Both the position numbers and the translations under genes were made by a program. The notes under the pieces were generated by a model that saw only the letters and a program-made list of their open reading frames with translations, ran no database searches and was not told the origin of the DNA. Of a stretch of 32,000 nt of DNA, positions 27,246 to 32,000 are shown one piece after another (the first letter of the stretch is position 1; each line of letters starts with the position of its first letter). Origin of the DNA: Ferroglobus placidus DSM 10642 (lineage in GTDB: Archaea > Halobacteriota > Archaeoglobi > Archaeoglobales > Archaeoglobaceae); the NCBI RefSeq assembly GCF_000025505.1, contig NC_013849.1, positions 690,001-722,000 on the forward strand. Reading direction: 5' to 3'.

Positions 27246-28133
27246 ATGGAACCCACACAAATTCAAAAGGATATTCTCTACGCGCTCGTAACGCTCTACA
27301 AAAAGAAGGGCGGGGGATCAGTAAAAGGAGAGGAGATAGCGGAGCTAATAAACAGAAATCCGGGAACGGTGAGAAATCAAATGCAGGCTTTGAGAGCTCT
27401 TGGACTCGTTGAAGGTGTTCCGGGACCTAAAGGAGGATACAGACCAACTGCAAAAGCTTACGAGCTTTTAGCGATAACGAAGCCGGAAGAAGCGGTGAGA
27501 GTTCCGGTAATCGTAAACGACGAGCTTATGGAAGATTTAAGCGCTGAAGAAATAGATCTACCATCTCTAAGCCATCCAGAGGTCTGTCAAGCGAAAATAA
27601 GGATGATAGGGGATGTTAAAAAGATAAACATCGGAGACAGAATAGTAGTCGGTCCTACTCCGGTGAACGAGCTTATGATTTACGGAAGGGTTATTGGAAG
27701 GGACGACACCGAAAATTCTGTAGTAATAAGCATAGAAAAGATTCACGCCATTCCGAAAGATGAAGTCGGAGAGCACATGTCCGCTCCGATAATAACGAGC
27801 GATGCAGAGGAGACTGTCAAAGAGGCTGCAAAGAGGTTGGCTGAGCACGGAATATATTGCACGCCAGTAAAGAAAAACGACAAGCTCGTAGGAATTTTCA
27901 CGTTAGATCACGCTGTCAAGGCTTTCGTCGAAGGAAAGGAGAACGAGAAAGTGGAGAAAGTCATGAGACCGAAAATCGTCACAGTCGACAAGAGAATAAA
28001 GCTGAGCGAAGCGCTGAGGATAATGAGAGACGAAGACGTGAGAATTTTAGTCGTCACGGACAACGGAAAGCCGGTGGGAGTTATAACGGATCAAAAGATT
28101 CTGAGCATTCTCGCTCCAGAGCAAGTTAAGTGA
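27246..28133 (+). CDS. Predicted transcriptional regulator: N-terminal winged HTH plus C-terminal tandem CBS domains
   Basis: HTH GEEIAELINRNPGTVRNQMQALRALGLVEG; CBS-type segments (MSAPIITSDAEETVKEAAKRLAEHGIYCTPV..., MRPKIVTVDKRIKLSEALRIMRDEDVRILVV); aggagg RBS. Confidence 0.9.
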   Translation: MEPTQIQKDILYALVTLYKKKGGGSVKGEEIAELINRNPGTVRNQMQALRALGLVEGVPGPKGGYRPTAKAYELLAITKPEEAVRVPVIVNDELMEDLSAEEIDLPSLSHPEVCQAKIRMIGDVKKINIGDRIVVGPTPVNELMIYGRVIGRDDTENSVVISIEKIHAIPKDEVGEHMSAPIITSDAEETVKEAAKRLAEHGIYCTPVKKNDKLVGIFTLDHAVKAFVEGKENEKVEKVMRPKIVTVDKRIKLSEALRIMRDEDVRILVVTDNGKPVGVITDQKILSILAPEQVK

Positions 28134-28145
28134 CACGATTTTTTT

Positions 28146-29138
28146 CTAAATTTTCGTGAAGTGGTTGTATATAGCTGTCGCTATGCCAGCTAACATTGGA
28201 GCTATGAAGAATCCAGCTATTCCTCCAAACAGCCCTCCTCCGATGAAGGAAAGCAGCAAAACGAGAGGGTGTATCTTCGAAGCGTAACCTACGAACTGTG
28301 GTCTTATGAACAGCTCCGGAATGATGTAGAGGAAAACGACTCCTATCACGGTGAAATATATCGCCGAGTAAACGTCAACTGTGAAAAGGTAGATAGCTAC
28401 CGGAGCTATAACCATCCACTCGGCGAAAATTGGGATTATTGCAGCCAAAAACATCAATCCAACGAGGAGGGGTGTGTAGGGGATGTTAAAGGCTATGAAA
28501 AACGGTAAGCTTATGAAGGCTATTATGATAGCAAAAACGAGGTTGCCAAACCAAAGTCCCGTGAATATGCTGTCCACCTCCTCAAAAAATTCCGACGCTA
28601 TTTTTCTGTTCTCCTCTGGGAGAGCCGAAAGCAGTTTCCTCACGAACCTGTCCCCATCGAGAAGAGCGTAAAAGCAGACTATGGAAGAGAGGAAGAAGTT
28701 TAGCAGGAACATTATAAATTTAGCTGTCAAGCTAACGACCGAAACTGAGAACTTCTGGGAAACGAAGGAGTAGAGAGTTGGAACGTACTCCCTAAGTTTT
28801 TGGATGTAATCTTCGCTGACTCCAAACTCTCTTAGAGTTGTAAAAATCTTCTCAAAAAAGTTCTGAAAGTCGGAAAAGATTAGAAGAAGCTGGTACAACC
28901 CCTGAAAAAGACCGTAGAAGAAAATGAAAAATAAAGGCAAAACGATTATTAGGGTAGCTATAAAAGCTGAAAGGACGAGAGGAAGCTTCCTTTCGAATTT
29001 TCTCATGATCGGCTTTGAGGCGTAAGCTAAAGCCACGCCCATAGCTATTCCGTCGAGCAAAGGAGAAATCAGGAGAATTACGGTTATGAAAACCGAAAGA
29101 ATCGAGACGATAACTATGAAGAGGTAGCGATTCTGCAT
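28146..29138 (-). CDS. AI-2E family transporter/permease-like membrane protein
   Basis: Polytopic, characteristic long coiled middle region, C-terminal GVVFLYIIPELFIRPQFVG...HPLVLLLSFIGGGLFGGIAGFFIAP. Confidence 0.9.
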   Translation of the reverse strand: MQNRYLFIVIVSILSVFITVILLISPLLDGIAMGVALAYASKPIMRKFERKLPLVLSAFIATLIIVLPLFFIFFYGLFQGLYQLLLIFSDFQNFFEKIFTTLREFGVSEDYIQKLREYVPTLYSFVSQKFSVSVVSLTAKFIMFLLNFFLSSIVCFYALLDGDRFVRKLLSALPEENRKIASEFFEEVDSIFTGLWFGNLVFAIIIAFISLPFFIAFNIPYTPLLVGLMFLAAIIPIFAEWMVIAPVAIYLFTVDVYSAIYFTVIGVVFLYIIPELFIRPQFVGYASKIHPLVLLLSFIGGGLFGGIAGFFIAPMLAGIATAIYNHFTKI

Positions 29139-29139
29139 G

Positions 29140-29832
29140 TTACTTTTTTAGCTCTTCTAAATATAATAACGTTTTCCTAATAATCCCGGAAATCGCATCC
29201 ACTTCGTACTTCGTTAAAGCAGCCCTCCCAAAAGCTCTTTTAAGAACGACCTTCATCCTTCCAATTCTGTGCTCCGGAAACCAGATACTCTTCATCAGCT
29301 TTTCAAAATACTCCACAAGCCTGTCAACATCTTTTTGAGTTGCTATCTCTTCTTTTTCAAATTCGAACTTGCCTTTACTCAGCTCGTAAAGGATCACCGC
29401 TGCTGCATGACTGACGTTCATAACCGGGTATTCCTCGCTCGTGGGAACGCTAACTATTACGTTGCAAAGCTTCAGTTCCTCATCGTAAAGACCGTAATCC
29501 TCTCTCCCGAAGAGGATGGCTGTTTCACCTTTAATCATCTCTCTCAGCTCTTCTGGCGTGTAGTAGGGTCTTCTAATGTACCTCTCAACCCTTCTGCTTC
29601 TAACTCCAGTAGTTCCCACAACGAGGTTCTTCTCTTCAAGATACTCTTTTAGGTTCTCAACTTTTACAGCTTTGTCCAGAACGTCTTTTGCGTGAGCCGC
29701 CGTTATGTAGCTTTCTTTACTCACGTTGCAGTTGTAAAGAACGAGCTTTTCAAAGCCGAAGTTTTTCATGACCCTCGCTATGAATCCGATGTTTTCCGGG
29801 ATTTTGAGCTCAACGAGAACGACTTCAATCAT
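29140..29832 (-). CDS. trmJ: TrmJ-type SPOUT RNA methyltransferase
   Basis: VLVELKIPENIGFIARVMKNFGF, AILFGREDYGLYDEEL, CNVIVSVPTSEEYPVMNVSHAAAVILYEL. Confidence 0.9.
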   Translation of the reverse strand: MIEVVLVELKIPENIGFIARVMKNFGFEKLVLYNCNVSKESYITAAHAKDVLDKAVKVENLKEYLEEKNLVVGTTGVRSRRVERYIRRPYYTPEELREMIKGETAILFGREDYGLYDEELKLCNVIVSVPTSEEYPVMNVSHAAAVILYELSKGKFEFEKEEIATQKDVDRLVEYFEKLMKSIWFPEHRIGRMKVVLKRAFGRAALTKYEVDAISGIIRKTLLYLEELKK

Positions 29833-30458
29833 AAAAACGAGCTTGCGATTCTGTAGGATAGCTTTATGTGCTCGCTCGCATTCTTCACAGGATTTTCGTG
29901 TCCCGGATACATTACCTCCACATCGAGAGATGCTAACCTTTTTAAGGAGTTTATAAGATCCCTCGCATTACCTCCCGGCAAATCCACTCTGCCGAAAGCT
30001 CCGTTGGGAAAAACGGTATCTCCGCTGAAGAGAATTTTTTCGTCCTCCTCATACAAGCAAATGCTTCCCGGCGTATGACCGGGAGTGTGAAGAACTCTCA
30101 GAGATAATTCTCCAAGATCTATGTAATCCCCCTCATCGACCTCAACATCTGGGGAGAAGGGAGGATACTTTATGTTAAAAAAAACGGTCGAAAATCCCGT
30201 GGACTTAACGAACTCGTACTCGTCGGGATGAATCACTACTTTAGCTCCGCATATCCTCTTCAAATCGGCTGTTGCCGCAGCGTGGTCAAAGTGGGAGTGG
30301 GTAAGGATGATGTAATCGATTTCCTTAGGATTCACGAACTTTTTAAGTCTCTCAACGAGAAAAACCGCATCTCCCCCAGTGTCGACTACGGCTTTCTTCT
30401 CATCATCTATGAAGTATACGTTTGCCGCAAGCGGAGGAGCGACGATTCTGTGTATCAT
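29829..30458 (-). CDS. MBL-fold metallo-hydrolase (glyoxalase II-like)
   Basis: LTHSHFDHAAA, TPGHTPGSICLY, FSGDTVF, YPGHE. Confidence 0.93.
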   Translation of the reverse strand: MIHRIVAPPLAANVYFIDDEKKAVVDTGGDAVFLVERLKKFVNPKEIDYIILTHSHFDHAAATADLKRICGAKVVIHPDEYEFVKSTGFSTVFFNIKYPPFSPDVEVDEGDYIDLGELSLRVLHTPGHTPGSICLYEEDEKILFSGDTVFPNGAFGRVDLPGGNARDLINSLKRLASLDVEVMYPGHENPVKNASEHIKLSYRIASSFL

Positions 30459-30721
30459 ATAAGCTCCTGGCTTTCTATCTCCACGCTTTCGACTCCCTCG
30501 ATGCTTTTAATGTTCTCCACGAGCTTATCTCCGATTCCTTCTTCGTCCGGCATCACAGCCAAGACGAGCAAAGCTTTAAGACCAAAAGCTATCGGTTGAA
30601 TGGCGAAGTCCTTTATCTCAACGTTTTCTGGAGCGACTTTCTTCACTTCCTCCTTTACTTTCTCAAGATCCACTTCCACGTCGCTCGGCATTACCCTCAG
30701 CTTCATGTAAACTTTCCCCAT
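30455..30721 (-). CDS. ef1B: Translation elongation factor 1-beta
   Basis: 88 aa; KVYMKLRVMPSDVEVDLEKV...IKDFAIQPIAFGLKALLVLAVMPDEEG...IEGVESVEI. Confidence 0.93.
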   Translation of the reverse strand: MGKVYMKLRVMPSDVEVDLEKVKEEVKKVAPENVEIKDFAIQPIAFGLKALLVLAVMPDEEGIGDKLVENIKSIEGVESVEIESQELI

Positions 30722-30730
30722 TTCACCACC

Positions 30731-30889
30731 TCACGGTCCTTCGAAGCCACAGCTACACACGTAATGATTTCCAAGCTGCCTGCACTTCTTACAGCGGTAA
30801 ATTATCTCCCCGCAGTTAGGACACGGAAAGGCTATGTAGTTCGGACCAAACAGAGTAGCGTTGCAGGTGATACAGTGCTTTATTTCCAT
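30731..30889 (-). CDS. Small zinc-ribbon protein (HVO_2753-like, four Cys knuckles)
   Basis: Manual translation: MEIKHCITCNATLFGPNYIAFPCPNCGEIIYRCKKCRQLGNHYVCSCGFEGP*; adjacent to ef1B; gaggtg-type RBS. Below the ORF-track size cut-off. Confidence 0.9.
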   Translation of the reverse strand: MEIKHCITCNATLFGPNYIAFPCPNCGEIIYRCKKCRQLGNHYVCSCGFEGP

Positions 30890-30890
30890 C

Positions 30891-31481
30891 TCACCACCTC
30901 CCTATCAGTGTTCCAACAGCACTTCCTCTCAATATATAATTTTTTACCCTTCCTCTGACGAAGCCGTTGCAGACGAAAATTTCAACTCCAAACTTCTCAG
31001 CAAGCTTTACCGCCAGAGAATCTATGCAGCTTTTTTCCGGAACTTCGTCGTAGTTGAGTTTTTCGGCGAGCTTTCCGTTTACAAAAATTCCGTCAACATC
31101 CGTTACCTTCACAACTTTCCTAATCCCAAGTTTTCCGGCAACCCAAACAGCTACGCTGTCTGAAGTTGCTTCCCAAGAATGGGGGAGTTCGTCGTACTTC
31201 CTCACGAGGGAATAGGGAAGAAGAACCTTCATTCCTTCCAGCTTGAAGTTGAAATCGTCAGCTTCGAGTGTTTCTGCGAAGCTTGATAGGTAGAGTCCGT
31301 AGACGTCCATAGCCTTTAAAGCCATCCAGTGTGCCGTGTCGTCATCCAGATCCATAAGTCTGACTATGTCCGCGAAAACCCAGCCTCCGGGAATTATCAA
31401 ACAGTCTTTTCCCGTCGATTTTATTTCCTCAATAACTTCCTTAGCCCTTTTAAAAACGCTTCCTCCGACTTTAACTATCAT
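30891..31481 (-). CDS. mfnE: Amino acid kinase family protein, likely MfnE (methanofuran biosynthesis kinase)
   Basis: MIVKVGGSVF, LIIPGGWVFADIVR, WMALKAMDVYG, KVTDVDGIF; 196 aa; overlaps the MfnF-like gene. Confidence 0.75.
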   Translation of the reverse strand: MIVKVGGSVFKRAKEVIEEIKSTGKDCLIIPGGWVFADIVRLMDLDDDTAHWMALKAMDVYGLYLSSFAETLEADDFNFKLEGMKVLLPYSLVRKYDELPHSWEATSDSVAVWVAGKLGIRKVVKVTDVDGIFVNGKLAEKLNYDEVPEKSCIDSLAVKLAEKFGVEIFVCNGFVRGRVKNYILRGSAVGTLIGRW

Positions 31482-32000
31482 CTTTTAACAGCTCCGCCAC
31501 TGCAAAAGCCGGAAATATCTTAGAAATTTCTCTGCCGAACTCTTTCGAAAGAGATACGTATTCCGCTCCTACTCTTTTCGCAGCTTCCTCTATCAAAACT
31601 TCCCCCATTCCGCAACCGATTACTCTCTCTATACCGTAGCTTTCCATTTTCTCCCAAACCGCCTTCTCAATTTTAGCCAGCATAACCTCGTAAACTTCCC
31701 TCGAAATTCTCTTAACCTCCTCTTCACCGATCTCATCGAGGTCTGCGCAAAACTGCCTCGAAATTCTCTGCATGCACTCCTCGACGCTTCTCCCTCTTCC
31801 GTCAGGAGTTTCGCAGCTGTAGTCCTCCTCATCTATAATTCCGAGAACTCGCATAGCGTCGGCGGAAATAGAAAAAAGCTCAGAAGAGATCTCTTTAAAG
31901 GAGAGAAGGTAGCAAAGCGGTGTTCGGAGCATTCCAAAATACAGCAGCTCTCCTCTCTTCAACCTCTCGTAATCCGTTTTTGCCGCAAGAATTTTTTCCT
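31471..32000 (-). CDS. MfnF/hydantoinase-A-like H4MPT-linked C1 pathway protein, 5'-truncated at window edge (C-terminal half)
   Basis: ERLKRGELLYFGMLRTPLCYLL, DGRGRSVEECMQRISRQFCAD, VIGCGMGE; frame stays open upstream to the window end (EKILAAKTDYER). Confidence 0.75.
   Translation of the reverse strand, partial: EKILAAKTDYERLKRGELLYFGMLRTPLCYLLSFKEISSELFSISADAMRVLGIIDEEDYSCETPDGRGRSVEECMQRISRQFCADLDEIGEEEVKRISREVYEVMLAKIEKAVWEKMESYGIERVIGCGMGEVLIEEAAKRVGAEYVSLSKEFGREISKIFPAFAVAELLKDDS

Noticed and set aside
30228-31163. Plus-strand ORFs of 123, 178 and 100 aa
   Set aside because: Lie antisense to the MBL hydrolase, EF-1beta, zinc-ribbon and MfnE genes; translations lack domain-like features.
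1-32000. CRISPR arrays, tRNA/rRNA genes, insertion sequences
   Set aside because: No regularly spaced direct repeats, cloverleaf/T-loop sequences, rRNA segments or transposase motifs were seen by eye; covariance model and repeat-finder runs would be needed to exclude them formally.

Overview
This 32 kb window looks like chromosomal DNA from a hyperthermophilic euryarchaeon of Archaeoglobales type, inferred from a full reverse gyrase, archaeosine RaSEA, AMP phosphorylase, MfnE/MfnF-like methanofuran genes and leaderless TATA promoters. Most of it is dense housekeeping gene content: reverse gyrase, acetyl-CoA synthetase, aspartate kinase, GMP synthase subunit A, LysA/DapL, citrate synthase, TrmJ and EF-1beta. 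I found no CRISPR array, tRNA, rRNA or transposon. The parts worth a second look are: (1) a secreted/membrane thiol-metal gene cluster at 8.8-12.6 kb (Met/Gly-rich exported protein, SHOCT protein, thioredoxin-fold protein, Cys-rich micro-ORF, rhodanese, CC-HH membrane protein, DUF411 protein, methyltransferase) in which at least four promoters share a spaced dyad of the form TTWTNCAY-N3-RYGTAAAA; (2) a metallophosphoesterase fused to a LMW-phosphatase/ArsC-like domain whose catalytic Cys is Ser, with an in-frame TGA between phosphoesterase motifs; (3) an unannotated C/D-box guide sRNA at about 20.81-20.87 kb, one guide of which matches the conserved archaeal 16S sequence CAAGGCUGAA; (4) a seven-repeat exported propeller protein with a PEF-CTERM-like tail; (5) a CopZ N-terminal-domain-only protein, a stand-alone Cas4-like nuclease and a half-length MFS protein.
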